Assembly: GCA_030324005.1 (NCBI GenBank)
Contig: JARDVH010000059.1
Location: 68,526,273-68,590,272, forward strand
Direction: 5' to 3'
Length of the DNA stretch: 64,000 nt
Source of the DNA: Negaprion brevirostris
Lineage: Eukaryota
The notes under the pieces are model-generated. The model searched no databases and was not told where the DNA came from. It was given only the letters and a program-made list of their open reading frames with translations. Within the stretch, counting starts at the first letter, position 1; the number at the start of each line of letters is the position of its first letter. Shown piece after piece: positions 26,221-40,739 of the stretch. Made by a program: the position numbers and the translations under genes.

Positions 26221-26864
26221 AAAGGGTCAAGTGGCCTTCTCCCACACCCAAGTCCAATATTCCTGCATTCCTATAGAAACAAAGGTATCAGGCTCAAGTT
26301 GTCTTTTTTTTTTAAACATTTAGTACAGCCAGTATTCCAGTTGCTGCAATGGATAAGTGTTGAGATTTTTAAAACCTCTAATTAATAGGTGCAAGAACAA
26401 GGGCGGAGAGCAATGGGTTTCGCTTGCCAATTTTTGCTATTCTTATCCCAAAGGCATTGACCTCTTGCTAAGATATGAGCCAGACACTTTCGGCAGGCAG
26501 ACCTGCAAAGTCACAGCTTAGAATCTGCAGCCAGCAACGAGCAAGCTGAACCACTGTTTCATTCATTTACAGCTACCCACAGGCATCAAGTGGACTTTTG
26601 CACAGCAACTTGCAGTAATTAGAAAGCTAGTCCAACGTGGGCACACTCAGCCAGGAATCTGTGGGCATGGAAAATAACATCCGACATGTTTCTTCAACCA
26701 GACTGAACAATTCTTACTGAGATGCACAGTCTAAACCAGCATGGTATTGGTAATTCAATACAAAAATCATGCACATGGAGTCAGGAGGGGAAAAAGAGTT
26801 GAGATTGAGGGGGGAAGAGAATCGAAATCAAAAATGTTGGGTTTTATTTTCAAACGAAGTTATA

Positions 26865-27720
26865 CTGGCACTGGAGTGAGTGCAGAGGAGACTCACTAAA
26901 TTGATTTCGGAGTTGAGAGGGTTGGCTTAAGGAGAGACTGAGTAAACTGGGGCTATGCTTATTGGAATTCAGAAGAATGAGGGGAGATCTTATAGAAACA
27001 TAAGATTATGAACAGAATAAATAAGACAGAAGCAGGGAAGTTGTTTCCACTGGCAGGTGAAACTAGAACTAGGGGGCATGATCTCAAAATAAGAGGAAGC
27101 AGATTTAAGACTGAGTTGAGGAGGAACTTCTTCACACAAAGGGTTGTGAATCTGTGGAATTCCCTGCCCAGCGAAGCAGTTGAAGCTACCTCATCGAATG
27201 TTTTTAAGGCAAGGATAGATACATTTTTAAACAGTAAAGAAATTGAGACATAGAACATTACAGCACAGTACAGGCCCTTTGGCCCTCGATGTTGCGCCAA
27301 CCAGTGGAACCAATCTAATGGCNNNNNNNNNNNNNNNNNNNNNNNNNNNNNNNNNNNNNNNNNNNNNNNNNNNNNNNNNNNNNNNNNNNNNNNNNNNNNN
27401 NNNNNNNNNNNNNNNNNNNNNNGAAAGCTTTAGGATTTTCCTTGATCCTATCCGCCAAAGTCTTCTCATGTCCTCTTCTAGCTCTTCTTAACTCTCTCTC
27501 TTTAGCTCCTTCCTGGCTAATATATAACTCTCCAGTGCCCTAACTGAGCCTTCACGTCTCATCTTTACATAAGCCTCCTTCTTCCTCTTCACCAGACTTA
27601 TGGTGAGTGGGCAAGTAAGTGGAGCTGAGGGCATAAAAAGATCAGCCATGATCTTATTGCATGGTGGAGCAGGCTTAAGGGGCCAGATGGCCTATTCCTG
27701 CTCCTGGTTTCTTACATTCC
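26865..27720 (+). mobile_element. CR1 3' end with a nested younger antisense CR1 (~27249-27596)
   Basis: Host frame LFPLAGETRTRGHDLKIRGSRFKTELRRNFFTQRVVNLWNSLP breaks at ~27248, where an inverted tail (catagaacattacagcacag) starts; the host 3' UTR resumes at ~27597. Confidence 0.85.
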
Positions 27721-30700
27721 TGCAAGAATTAAATTCCAAAGAAATCAGAGTTCACACTTGCAGAACTCAGATTGTTTGACAGTAATTAAAACATATGATG
27801 CCATTAAAAATTTATTTACATTTGAATTAAGTTTTTTCTGCTTGTTTAATGGGTAAGCAAAGCAATTTCACAATTTTCTAATTGATTTAACGCAGTCATT
27901 CGATGACATACCTATGTAGCTAAGCTTCTGGAGAAGATCAAATCAAATCCTATTCCTGGGTTCTCCATTGTACTGCACGGATGCTGAAGTTTGTGTTTGA
28001 TTTACTCCATAATAACTGTGATGCTGATAGTTGTGACATGAAATTTAGACCATTATTTATGCAAGCCTCAACAATGAAGGTTAGCAAGTTGCTTATGGAT
28101 CTTCACTGTAGGAATATTAAAATGTTCTCTCTTAATAGCACTAACCTGCTACCTCACCTGTTGACTGTAGAACCCAACCATTGTTCAACATCTTATCTGA
28201 CTGACAACGTCACCAAGTGTAGCACTTCCTCAGCACTACACTGGGATTTGTTGGAATGTTTTATACAAACATTCCAAAGACTATCAAAATTATGTTACCA
28301 TGTTAAATGGATAGAATCAATGCTGGCATCCCAATCTATAAATACAACTCAAAGTAAACATGCTTCAGAAGCTCCATTTTTTTCTATTTCTGAGCTATTC
28401 TTTTGATATTTACTTTCCTCTAATGGCTCAAAAATGGATGTATTAGTCAGCAACAAAAAGCCAGATTATATTTACTGACTGAAAGCTGATCACCCTCATN
28501 NNNNNNNNNNNNNNNNNNNNNNNNNNNNNNNNNNNNNNNNNNNNNNNNNNNNNNNNNNNNNNNNNNNNNNNNNNNNNNNNNNNNNNNNNNNNNNNNNNNT
28601 GAATTTTTTATTTCATAGACACTTCAAGATGCCACTGGGATAGTACAGTGTGATAACACATTAGTCTGCAAATGGATAGCAACGGTTTTCTATCACTTGC
28701 AGAAACACTCTAATTATTGTCCACAATATTAAATTTCAAACAACAGGCCTTCAGGAAACAATCTTCCAACTGTTGCCTTAAAATTTTCCAGATAATCCTA
28801 TCAGGTGGAATTTGCAGTGAATATTCATACAAGCACAAACTCAACTGTAGGCAGCACTGCAACACACAGTGACTGTAGTGCAGCAACAACATTCCACCAA
28901 AACATCACACAATAGCTTTCCCTCAAAAAGCAGCTTATCCCCAAATGTTAGTTGTTCAGTGATTTGCTTCTATGTAATCTAAAATTATTCTGCACCATTA
29001 CAAATGCATATAAAGCATGCAGGATTCTGATTCTGCACACTATAATGTATAGAAAGACGACAAAATGTTAATTACCACTATCATATTGTATACTAAAACC
29101 ACTGGTAAAACAGTGACACCCTGAATTTTCTCTTTCCAACATGAATACAACTGCACTCTTCAATTATATAATTGCAGGAGGATTCCACACAGATGGCTTT
29201 AAGTGAATTAGGGGAGATTTTAAATGTTAAAAGAAATTGTCTTTCCTCAGGGGAAGCTTTACATAACTAGACATCATTAACTGATATTGATAACTATGAT
29301 AACAAACCAGCTTATTGCAGAAATATGAAAATATTCTCTTCTCTGAATTAAAAGACTACACCACTTTTTGGTTATAATAACTGCACTGCACATTTGATTT
29401 TCAAAATCCAAACTGAACCCAGTTAAATGTTTAAAGTATTATGTTTACCTCAGTAAGAAGTGAAATGTGACAGGTTTATTCTTTTGTTACCCCAGCAAGT
29501 ATCAAAGTAAAAGACTGTTTCCTCATTAAAGCCTCTCCTGCCATTTAACTGAAGATTGTAAATTATATTTTTGTGCAATTAAATGTTTGACTTAGAGATA
29601 TCTTCGCTTACCATAACAACTATCATTTAGTTTTATTAGCAACTGTAGATCGCCAACATATACTCGTTCTTAACCTTCGCCTTATGGTGTATTTTGCTTT
29701 CCTGAAATTGCATAATAGAATACATATGCTGCAGTAAGCATCATGCAAACCAGGAAACTATCAGCTTCAATCTCTGGTGTCAGCAATGGTTGAAAGTCCA
29801 GGAGCTCTAAGACATTTACTGACTAAATCTAGATGTGAAGTATGACACTTAGACATGGAAGCAGAGGACTTCTGACCTCAAAATCACTCGAGAGTCACTA
29901 ACCTTTGGAAAAGAGATGAAGAGAAGCAAATCAGAGGAAAGCACAAAAAAAAAGTGATTTGCATGGATGTGGAAAATTGGTCTGCTTACCACTGCAGGAG
30001 AACAGATTTATTTAATGTCTGCACAAGTGCAGATCACAATTATATTTGCAAATCTGGTATAATATAATCATTAAGGTGTTGGAATGTGATTCATCCAGAC
30101 ATCTACAAGTCAACCTTTGCTACACTGGGCTTCTTAACCAAATAGGAAAAATCCTGGCTGCTACACTAGTGGCGAAGCAGCAAAATAGCTCCATCACACT
30201 CATAACACACCTGTCTGCTAACACACAGGAATGGATACAGTGAATATCAGTGCTTTCAAATGAGTCATCAAAGTCTGGTGCAACACCATGGCAAACAGAC
30301 CTTAAATTAATCATTTCTATGTTTATCTCCAATCTACTGACCACATGTACTTTGCACAATGCAAATCTTACAGCAACTACTCAATTATACCATAGATTTT
30401 TAAATTATGTAGCAGTATATGAAGTATATTGATACACTGAGCTTTTGCTTTAAAAAAAGCAGGCAGATTTGCTCAGATTCGAGCAATCTTAATTGGTAGA
30501 GTCAGATATTAATTAATAGGTGTGCTTGACTGCACAGACTGATTTTTTAGAAAGGTTCAAAGATCAAGCCTGAGCTGTTAAAAAGCAGTACCTCCTCATT
30601 AATTTCTCCCCCTAAATTTTAAGAAAATGCTTATGATGCATCAGGTTCACCTAATAATGGTGGTAAATAAAAATTATAGCAGGTTCTGCATTAGAACAAT

Positions 30701-31599
30701 AGCAGATTAAAGCTCAGTCTGATGTGTTAACCAGCCCTCAGTATATAAAGCACACCATTATGAATATATTAACACTCGCACCTTAGAGACTTAATGGGAA
30801 GTTCAATTTCACACCACAATTTTTCCACAGTCGCTTGAACTGTAGTATTGGTTTTGCACAGCTATTTGATGCATATTTTCATCTTTGTATTACAAGAGTG
30901 CCTTTATAACTTATATACGACAGTGGATTTTAACAGGTCCTCCTTTGACAGAACCAGGCTGTTATTAAGATCAAGACTCACCCACTTCATCATGCAATAA
31001 ACAGCATATGGTATTTCACCTTTAAGCTTCTGACTACACAGTAAGAATGCTGGAATCGTTTCTCCAAAAACAGAAAAATATCCACGACGAGGTGATTTAA
31101 TCTAGAACAGTTTTAATGTAAGCAGAAACAACTAAACCAGACCAGACATCAAGCAACCACAGTAACCTGTGGAGTGAGGGTTACATCTTCATTGGTTGTA
31201 TCAAATCATGTGATTTCAACATCTTTAACTTAAATACAATTACAAGCTGTCCCACTTAAAGGAGAGCAGCAACAACAGATATACATTACAAATCATTAAT
31301 TAATTTATGCGTTACAATGAAACATCAAAAACAAACAGCAGAAGCTGGCTTTCAATTGCTCTCAGCATCCTCTTCACTGGCATTATTTACCACAAAGTCA
31401 GGTTACTCAGCTGGTAAGAATGTGTATAGGCATAAGAGTACACATTGCATTCAAGTTGTTCATTTGAATGACTCGGCTTGTTTATCCAATGGACCCAGGA
31501 AGGTCTCTTGATTCAATTCCCGCTGGAATAAACTGGAGTNNNNNNNNNNNNNNNNNNNNNNNNNNNNNNNNNNNNNNNNTCTCTACTGTCTGCATCACA

Positions 31600-34100
31600 A
31601 ACTCTGATATTGCAGGGCATCATGGAGGGATGGAGTTACCTGGATGAAGAAGCATTATAAAACACTGGCTTGGCTTCAACTGGAGTACTGTGTTCACCAT
31701 ACTTCAGCAAGGCTTTAGAGGGCAAAGATTTATAAAAATGATTATAGGGATTAAGTCAAGTGGATAAATGGCTATTTTCCTTAAAGGGAAAGTTGAGGGG
31801 GATTTGAAAGAGGACATCAAAACCTGAGGTGTCTGGACAGAACTGAGTGAGAAATTGTTCCTATTGGCAGAAGGATCAAGGAGGAGAGGACAGTTTTAAA
31901 GGTGACTGAGAACCAAAGCTAACATGAGCATAATCTTTCAGGCCTCTTTAGTGTCAGGATGGGGCCAGAAAACTGGAGCACTGAAAATGTTACATCCTTT
32001 TTGACCAAGAGTATAAGGATAAATCCAGCAATTACATGTGGTTAGGATTTGGAATGCAAAGGAGGTAAAGGAGGGAGATCCAATCCTGGCTTTTAAAAAG
32101 GAAATTGCATAAGCACCTGAAGGACAAATTTTTTGCAGGGTTAGAGAGAGAAGGAAGGAAGAGTGGGATTCACTAAACTGTTCCTGCAGTGAATCAGAAG
32201 GGACTGGATGAGCCAGATGGCCTTTTGTGTTGTAAGCATGCTCTGTTTTAATGAATGTTGCCATAAAGCACATTAGCCCTAAAAATTGGGAGGATTTTAG
32301 AATTCAACTAAAGGCTGATCAAGAAAGAGAAAGAGAATACAGTGCGAGTAAATAAAAGCAGATTGTGAAAGTTTCCATCAGTATATAAACAAAAGGATCA
32401 GTCAGTATAAGCATGGATGCCTTAGAGGCAGAGACAGGACAAATTATAAATGGAAAATAAGGAACTGGTAGAGACAGTAGGCTTTCTTAGACAAAAAAGT
32501 CTAGAATACCAAGGACAAAGTCTAATGAGAGTGAGGAACTAAAGGAATTGGTATAGTAAAAAAGTAATGGAGAAAATAAGACTGACTAATAGTCAACAGA
32601 TCTATTGAATCTGATTACCTCTATCCTAGGGCATTAAAAGAGGTAGCTACAGCAATAGCGAATGCATTGGCTTTAATCTTCCAAAATTCCTCAACCTCCA
32701 GAATGGTTCCCCCATAGATCAGAAGTTAGCAAATCTGACCCCGCTACTTAAGAAAAGCAAGAGAAGAAAACAGAACTATAGGCCGTTGGTAACCTAACAA
32801 GTAGGGGAAATCCTGGAATCCACTATTAGAGTCAGACTTTTAAGACACTACAAAAAGCCCATCAGTCCATCGTGTCTGCACCTGACATCATGCACCTAAC
32901 TATTCTAACCCTATTTTCCAGCACTTGGCTCCAAGCTTTGTATGTTATGGCATTTCAAATGCTCATCTAAATACTCCTGAAATGTTGTGGGGGTTCCTGC
33001 CTCTACCACCCTTTCAGGCAGTGAATTCCAGATTCCCATCACCCACGGGTACAAAAATCTTTCCTCAAATCCCCACTAAATCTTTGGCCCCTTACCTTCA
33101 ATCTACGCTCCCTGGTTATTGACTCCACTATTAAAGAGAAGGTTTCTTCCTATTTCTGATCCATAGCAAATCATTCTGGAAGTTAGGGAATTTTGGAAGA
33201 TCTAAATGAATGCATTCACTATCACTGTTGCTACCTCTTTCAAATCCCTGGGATGCAAGTCACTAAATTCAATAGGTCTGTTGACAGTTCAATTAATTTC
33301 TCCATTACTTTGTTTTTAAACCAATTCCTTTAGTTCCTCATTTTTGCTAGACTTTTAGTCCCTACCATTTCTGACCTTTTTTCTCTTCTATTAGGGACAT
33401 AGCCTACTATGGCTGTCCCTGTCCTTAGTAATTTTGTATGCCTCAATCAGGTCAACATTTTCTGCTCGGAGGAAAACAATCCCAGCCTAACCAGTGTCTC
33501 TTCATAGCGGGAATGTTCCAGCCCAGGCAACATCCTGATGAATCATCTCTACACCCTTTCTAGTGCAATTACATCCTTCCTATCGTGTGGCCACCAGAGA
33601 TGCACACAATACTTTAACTGAGGTCTAAGAAAGTGTTTTATAGAGCTCCATCATAACCTGCCTGCTCTTTAATTCTATACCTCAGCTAAAGGCAAGTGTC
33701 CCACATGCCTGTTGCCTTCCGGTGTCTTTGGACATGCACCCAAAAAGTCTCTCTGGCCCTCTGTTCTTCCTAGCATCCTACCATTCATTGTGTTTTCCAT
33801 TAGTCACACGATAATAGGTCACTTAGAAGTTCATTATGCGAGGCAAAGTTAACACAGATTTATGAAAGGCTAATTGTGATTAATCATCTGTTACTGAGAG
33901 TTTGAAGTTGTAAGTAGCAGGGTGGATGAGGAGAAACTGTGAATGTATTGTATTCGGATTTTGAGAAATATTTAATAAGGTACGACACAAGAGCTTACTG
34001 CACAACAATAGAGCTCCGGGGATTGAGACTAATACATTAGCATGGATTGACAATTAGTTAATGAATAGAAAACAGAAATAAACTGATCATTTTCAGGTAC
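31600..34100. mobile_element. Cluster of nested CR1 fragments in both orientations
   Basis: Plus-strand ORF2 (NYRP...LES.I) breaks at ~32830 and resumes at ~33805; antisense CR1 pieces lie between; a separate plus-strand 3' end spans 31600-32250. Confidence 0.75.
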
Positions 34101-34293
34101 GAGTTAGATTAAGGAAATCACATATTGCTCAATGCAAATTGTATTCAACTTAGTTCAGTAGTTGCGTTCTCGTTCAACTCAGAAGGCTGTGGATTCAACT
34201 TCACTTGTACACAATCTAGATTCACACTTCAACGCAATGCTGAAAGAATGCGCCAACATCAAAGATTCCAGACAATCATCTGGCTCTCCACGC

Positions 34294-34448
34294 AGGCGGG
34301 ATCTTATGGTCCTGCCAACAACTCACTCCGCCCGTGTTTCCCAGCAATGTGGAGTGGTATCAACAGGAAAGAAGATCCTGCCTCTGGCAACAGTGCACCA
34401 CCTCCCGCTGCTGAGAAAAATGCTGCAGGGAGGCCAGAAAATCTGTCT
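34294..34448. mobile_element. Short MITE related to the 1608 and 49040 elements
   Basis: aggcgggatctt start, internal inverted aagatcctgcct, end gaaaatctgtct; similar internal layout to 56551-56748. Confidence 0.45.
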
Positions 34449-34474
34449 TTTAATACAACGTTACATTTGCAAGG

Positions 34475-34725
34475 TATGGTACTGCAATGGCTAAGTGACT
34501 CAAATAGTAATCCAAAGCTTTGGACTCACCGAGTTCAAATTTTTGAAAGAAAATTCTAGAAATACAAGGCGACAGCTTCAGAAAAAGCGATCATTAAGCA
34601 GTCATGTCATCTTAGAAACAGGTTCACTAATATCTTTGGGGAAGGAAGTCTTTTATTGTTAGTTGGTGTGCCCCACGTGACTCAATAATTGACCAACATG
34701 GTTGACCTTTAACTGTTCTAGGAAG
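34475..34725 (+). mobile_element. tRNA-derived shark SINE (same family as the split SINE at 50115/52307)
   Basis: tagtaatccaaag...gagttcaaat...ggttcactaatatctttggggaaggaa...gtgactc...tggttgacctttaactg. Confidence 0.6.
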
Positions 34726-36829
34726 TAAAATAACATCATGGCTGTGGCCTGCCGGTCAGTGAAGCTACGGGAGATCTTTCGCTGTAAAATGCAGGGTCTC
34801 AAGTGGCAAGTCTACTCACCATATAGGTCAAACTCAGTTGTAATGTCCTCCAAAACTCAGTCTTCCTTGCAAAGAATTTCTTCCTCTTCTAGAATGTAGC
34901 TTGATGGTCCAGTGAGGAAGGTTGGATGTTGCATTGGGACATAAAATGCTTTGGATGTATAAAGGAGATCAAGATGGAGGAGACAGGTCATTGTCTAAAG
35001 ATGCTGAATTCTAATTAGCTGTGGAATTTAGTGGGCATGCAATAATTTTGGTGATCAGCCTACCAATGAAAGTGGAGATGTGTCAATGCTTGGCCTGCTA
35101 AAAAGCTCCAGTGAAGCCCAAGGCAAACCAGAGGCGCGGCGTCTCGTCTTCTGATTGGGGACATTACAGCCCTGAGGATTTTTCTGTTTGTGTCAATGCA
35201 CTACACATCTCAATGTTTACAAAGCCATTATATAAATGCAACATTCTTCTTAAATTTTGGACTCTGGTGTGCAAAACAGTAACATTAAAAAACCCAAAGC
35301 CTCTACTTTCAGTGCACATATTTTACTCTTTTTAAAACATTTGCTCATGAGAGGAGTGTACTCAATTCCAGATTTAGATTTAAAGGCAAAATACTGCAGA
35401 TTGNNNNNNNNNNNNNNNNNNAAAATGCTGGAAAAACTCAGCAGATCTGACAGCATCTGTGGAGAGAGAATACAGTCAATGTTGCCAGTCAAGATGACCC
35501 TTTTGTCAGAGCTGGTTTAGAGTTCTCTGGATACTAGTTGTATTCCGAACACATTATAAGCAATTGGACAATCAGCAACATAAAGGAGTACAAATCTGGT
35601 ATTTGATTAAAGACTTCAGTTCCTAGAAGATAAATATAGGGGCCTGATATTTCTTTCTGGGGAACAACCAATATTGCATCCATTTTACCAATGTCAAGTT
35701 ATACCCAAGTATTCTTACAATCTCATTATTTATGTTGATGTTAAGTTTGAATATACAATGTCAGCTGATGCTCTAAGTACACAGTCACACATCAACACAA
35801 ATGCTCCCTGCATACATCAGCCTCTTTCAGTTGCTGTTCCAAAAGAATACAATCTGGGCCAAAAGGAAACTCTTAATTTTAAGACTGGAAGTAGTAAGGA
35901 TTCAAAGTTTAAACTCAGTCAACCATCTTTCACCACATGAGTCAGTGGATAGGTTGATTACGTCTAAAATTCTGCAATCATTGATTTATATTTGAGTCAG
36001 GTATGAATCTGAGCATGCATCAAATCCAGGCCGGGCACACACTTCTCAAACCAGGCTGACTTTTTAAGCCATTTTTTACTTTATATTTAAGCAAATTATA
36101 AAATAATACATCCTCCTCTTGCCACAAACCTCACACTAATAAGGGGTTGAAGTGTGCCACCTTAGCCTCGTGAATTATCTTAGGATCTTGTGTGTTTTGA
36201 TTTTGCACAGCTTTTTACAAGTGTCCTATTTACACTGACAGAATTATGCGGAAATCACTGAACAATAGTCACACTTATTAGGACTGCTTATGCTCCAGTC
36301 ATGATATGGTCACTCAACTGGTCAGTTAGGGTATTAAATCCCTTAAACTAGAGCGTCCCTGCTTCTGTGCTGTTTCACTAGTTGGATAGTTAGAAACCAC
36401 ACTTTGCTTTCTCCCCTTAACGTGGATCTGTGCTACAAACAGATTTAAAATTACCTGACAATCTGGATAGCTCAAGGGTTGGATCTCCCTTCAATTGAAG
36501 CATATCTTGTGTGTGGCATCCATCACTCCGACAACTCCTGATTAGCTCAGATTTCAGACCACTAATCATAGTCTTTAGTCATTCTGTACAATTCATTAAT
36601 AACGAGTCAACAAGTTCACCAGGTTGATGGATACGTTTATTAAATTTAGCCTTTTCAGGTTTTTTTTTGTTTTGAGGTTAAAATAAGCATCCAATGATTT
36701 TAAAACTTCACGAAATTTTGCAGATGATTTGCTAATTCCACCTAACTATATCAGCTAGCTATTGGGTCTACCAAATAAAGCAGTGTATTAACTGGATAAG
36801 CTTCAGCCTTTTTAATCCAGACCCAAAGC

Positions 36830-37230
36830 AATTATGCATCTTCATCCCTTTTTGTTTGTCTCACACAAACCTTCCCCCTTTGCACTGGGCCATCCATCAC
36901 TTGCTCTTTAGTTTTGCTTTCACTGAGCACCGACATTTGTTCTCCAATAACACACACTATCTTAGCTTTATGTCATTATCCGCACCTTCTTCAGTTAATG
37001 CTACCATTAACACTCCCCTTGTCTATATCCATGACATCTTTGTCAATCACTCCTACATCCCACCTATTCCTGCCTTCTATTCTTAACTACTTTCTCCAAC
37101 TATATAATCCATCACATTTCTACCCCTCTTCAGCTTTAAAGTCACACAGATTTGGACATTAACCCTGTTTCTCTCTTCACAGATGCTGCCAGACAAGCTG
37201 AGTCAAAACAGTATTTTCTGTTTTTTTATA
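36830..37230 (+). mobile_element. Penelope-type 3' UTR/terminal repeat
   Basis: Pyrimidine-rich UTR ending in ctcttcacagatgctgccagac...ttttctgttttt. Confidence 0.55.
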
Positions 37231-40200
37231 CTTATTGAAGGCACCTCTTTCTCCAAGATCTTTAATTTTGTGATTGGTCTGGGCCTTGGATAGACCCAAA
37301 TTGCATTTATATTTTGATTTTGGATCCACGGATAAGGTTTAAATTGCAGGGTTTAACTTTGAGAGATTTCCAAGATGGTGCCACTATACGATTCTTCCCA
37401 CACTTACCAGTTTTTGTGGGCTCCCTCAGAAATAGTATTTGCTATTTCAGCATTTAAAAGTTTTCAACAACAGCTGCCTGGAGGCGCTGATTAAAGTCTC
37501 TCCTGTTTTAGCGCAATGTTTTTGGGTCTTGGAAGCATCCAATCCTGGCTTTTGCTGGGTGGTAAAGTCGTCCATTCAGTTCTGGCACAGAGTCAGGAAT
37601 TAGCTTTTTTGGGCTGCAATTTAAATGGCAGTTTCTGACCAGTGCAGTATTTAACTTGTGTTGTCTAGGAATTTTAAAGTTTTAGCTTACCCCTGTTAGA
37701 TCTGTTGATTCTGCACACTCTGGGTAATGAAGCCAGACTTCCATAGGCTTCAATGGAGTCTTTTGCTGTAGCGAGGAATTTATTTTCTGTCTTCAGTGTC
37801 TAAGCCTTTATTTTAAGCTTTTCTCTTGATTTCCTTTTATGCCTTTGCTCCTTGAGTTTTTCTTCAGGTCTGAATGCTTCTTTGATTTTAATTTTCTTCT
37901 GCAGTCTCTATGAGATTTTGAGTTTGTGTATTTGCAGCACCATTTTGTAAAGTATTGGTTCAGGATGCCTTAGGTAGCGAATTAGCAAATATTAACTACT
38001 ATAAACTATGTACATTAGATACAATAAAGATCCAAGCTCAGAGCTGTCTTCAGGCTGTCTTCTACACATGCCTCTGTCCAAGACTATGCTGAACCTGGGT
38101 TTGGGTTTGGTTTGTTGGGGGGGGGGGGGGGAGTGGTGAATGCTCTNNNNNNNNNNCCCCCCCCCCCAGGGGTGAATGCCCTTATCTCACCTTGTCCCAC
38201 GTTATCCCTTTTATGTGCCAGACCTCTTTACAGTAGTGTCAGTACTAAAAGCGTAAATCCTTGCTAAACAGTAATGGTTCCAAGAGCAAGTTTATGGGAG
38301 TTTGTATAATAATAACAACTCAAGTCAAAAAAACCTGGCTCAATTATAAGGGGGCAAAACGCAGCATGCTGTGACATGCAGATTTCTGGCAGTGCAAAAT
38401 TAAAATAGTAGCTTTTCCAGTGTAATTAAATCATTTCACTTTTGATACAGTAGATTACAAGACATAAATTCTTCAAACTTATTTCCAGTTGTTTGCATAC
38501 AATGCACTGTCAAAACGCTATCTTGAGTGCAAAAGGAATAAGCCAATCAGCACCTCCAGCCAGCTTCACTGGTCAATTAGCTGATCTGTACCTTAATTCC
38601 GTTTTTCTTTGTTCTATAACTAATACTCAGTGTGATCTTGGTTTTGAAAATTTCAACTAACCCACATTCAAGGCCATTTGGGGGAAAACCATACTCCAGA
38701 CTTCCACCACCAGTATGGAAAATGTCCCTCCTAATTTTCCTAACTAGTCAAACTCTAATTTTAAGATTACATTCCCCTTCTTTTCAAAAAGCAGTACTGA
38801 ACATATTACAATATAAAATCAGAAAAAAAAAGAACCATACAATGGGCCACCTGCCTTTGAAAGAGAACAAGATGGTGTTTCTGACAAGGGCTGTCTTGAT
38901 ATCTCTATCAATGAACAAATTCCTTTCGCATTTTGACAGAGCTCCTTGTAGTTCTAGCATTTTCTGCTCTGATTTGAGACTTTCAGCCTTTCTAGTTTCT
39001 TTTCATTCTCATAAGCAATTGTACAGTTACTCTAAAGAATTCACATATGAAACTTGGAACATTTTACAAAATGGTGGTGCATCATCATTAGTGAAGTTTT
39101 ATTCTGCTGTTTGATCAGCTGGAACTCACTGGGGTAGGGTACTTTCAGTAGGAGAGCATGTTTCCCCTCCTATGCCGTCCAGAGCAAAAATCACCCTCTG
39201 GTACAACTTGGGGGTCAGTGCGGGGGAGGGGCATGGAGGAGAACAGCAGCATTGATTGCATAGAACTAAAGTACAAAGATCACACTGGAGCCATCAGACA
39301 TTTTTTTAAAATTCTGAAACAAATCAGCACCCCTCCCGACAATCTGCTTCCATTTCTGCTTTAATAAATTTTCACTTCCTGTTCCTCTCCAAATGCCAGC
39401 TACACTCCTAACTTTAAAATTCCATTTGTTACTTTTAATATACAGGATACTGCAGTGTGGGATACTGGCCTCAATCATGAAGATCTCATAAATCATTGAG
39501 GTGCTTATGCATTGTGGCTTTCTCATAAAATAACACATATGGTAGGAATATGAAAAGGGCATTTTGCCCATTGAGTGAAATCAGCTCAGTAATACTGAGC
39601 TACTAGCAACTGCAGCACCTCAGTATATTTATAACCAAAACATACTGTTTCCAGAGCTAATCTTTTATCATTTCATTCACATACTCTAAACAGGTTTTAG
39701 TCAATGTTTTCCACATACTTGTAGAAGCTATTAACTACTTCAGAGATCATTAACAGCTTCTTATAAACAGATGGCATGGGAGCTAACTGAGCCTGACTGA
39801 AACCTATGAAAAACTAGAAATGTCAACTTAACTTTCATAAACTACTGACTAAGGGGCATTTGCAGTAATGATCATAATGTACTTAACTAAGTAAACAAAG
39901 AAAAGGCATAGACATATTCAAACCCTCAGCATCAGGAAATCACATTTTCTGAACACTATTATTTCACCCAATCCCCAGCAAATTTTCACAATCCCCTTCT
40001 TATAATGATGTTCATCTGGAGGCAAATGGCTGCTGCAAAGTCACTATAATGGAAAATGTGTAAAAGCACACATTGCAGTGAATTGGATGATTCAGACCAC
40101 AGTGCAACTGTGGCAATTTCTGCTGTCATTCTATTCTGTCAAAACTGGANNNNNNNNNNNNNNNNNNNNNNNNNNNNNNNNNNNNNNNNNNNNNNNNNNN

Positions 40201-40739
40201 NNNNNNNNNNNNNNNNNNNNNNNNNNNNNNNNNNNNNNNNNNNNNNNNNNNNNNNNNNNNNNNNNNNNNNNNNNNNNNNNNNNNNNNNNNNNNNNNNNNN
40301 NNNNNNNNNNNNNNNNNNNNNNNNNNNNNNNNNNNNNNNNNNNNNNNNNNNNNNNNNNNNNNNNNNNNNNNNNNNNNNNNNNNNNNNNNNNNNNNNNNNN
40401 NNNNNNNNNNNNNNNNNNNNNNNNNNNNNNNNNNNNNNNNNNNNNNNNNNNNNNNNNNNTTAACTGCTTTCGTTCATTATTAGACATTTTTTAGCTTGTT
40501 TAGCAGCTGGGGACACTCCATTTCATCTGGTTAACTTTAGCATTGAGGTAGTGTTCCCCCCCCCCACCCCCGCCACAGCTGAAGTGAGTTAGTGAGGAAG
40601 GGAAAAGAGTGAGCATCCATTAGGGTAGGAAGAGAAGACAGGAAACAATGCAGGAATCCCAAGAGTACTACATTAGAAAACAGACATTGAACAATTAATA
40701 CTGGCAGCAATAAAAAAAAAGAGAAGACAACCACTAATA

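Noticed and set aside
38117-38167. Poly-G / poly-C runs as an inverted repeat or G-quadruplex
   Set aside because: They flank a 10-N gap, so the arrangement is unreliable.
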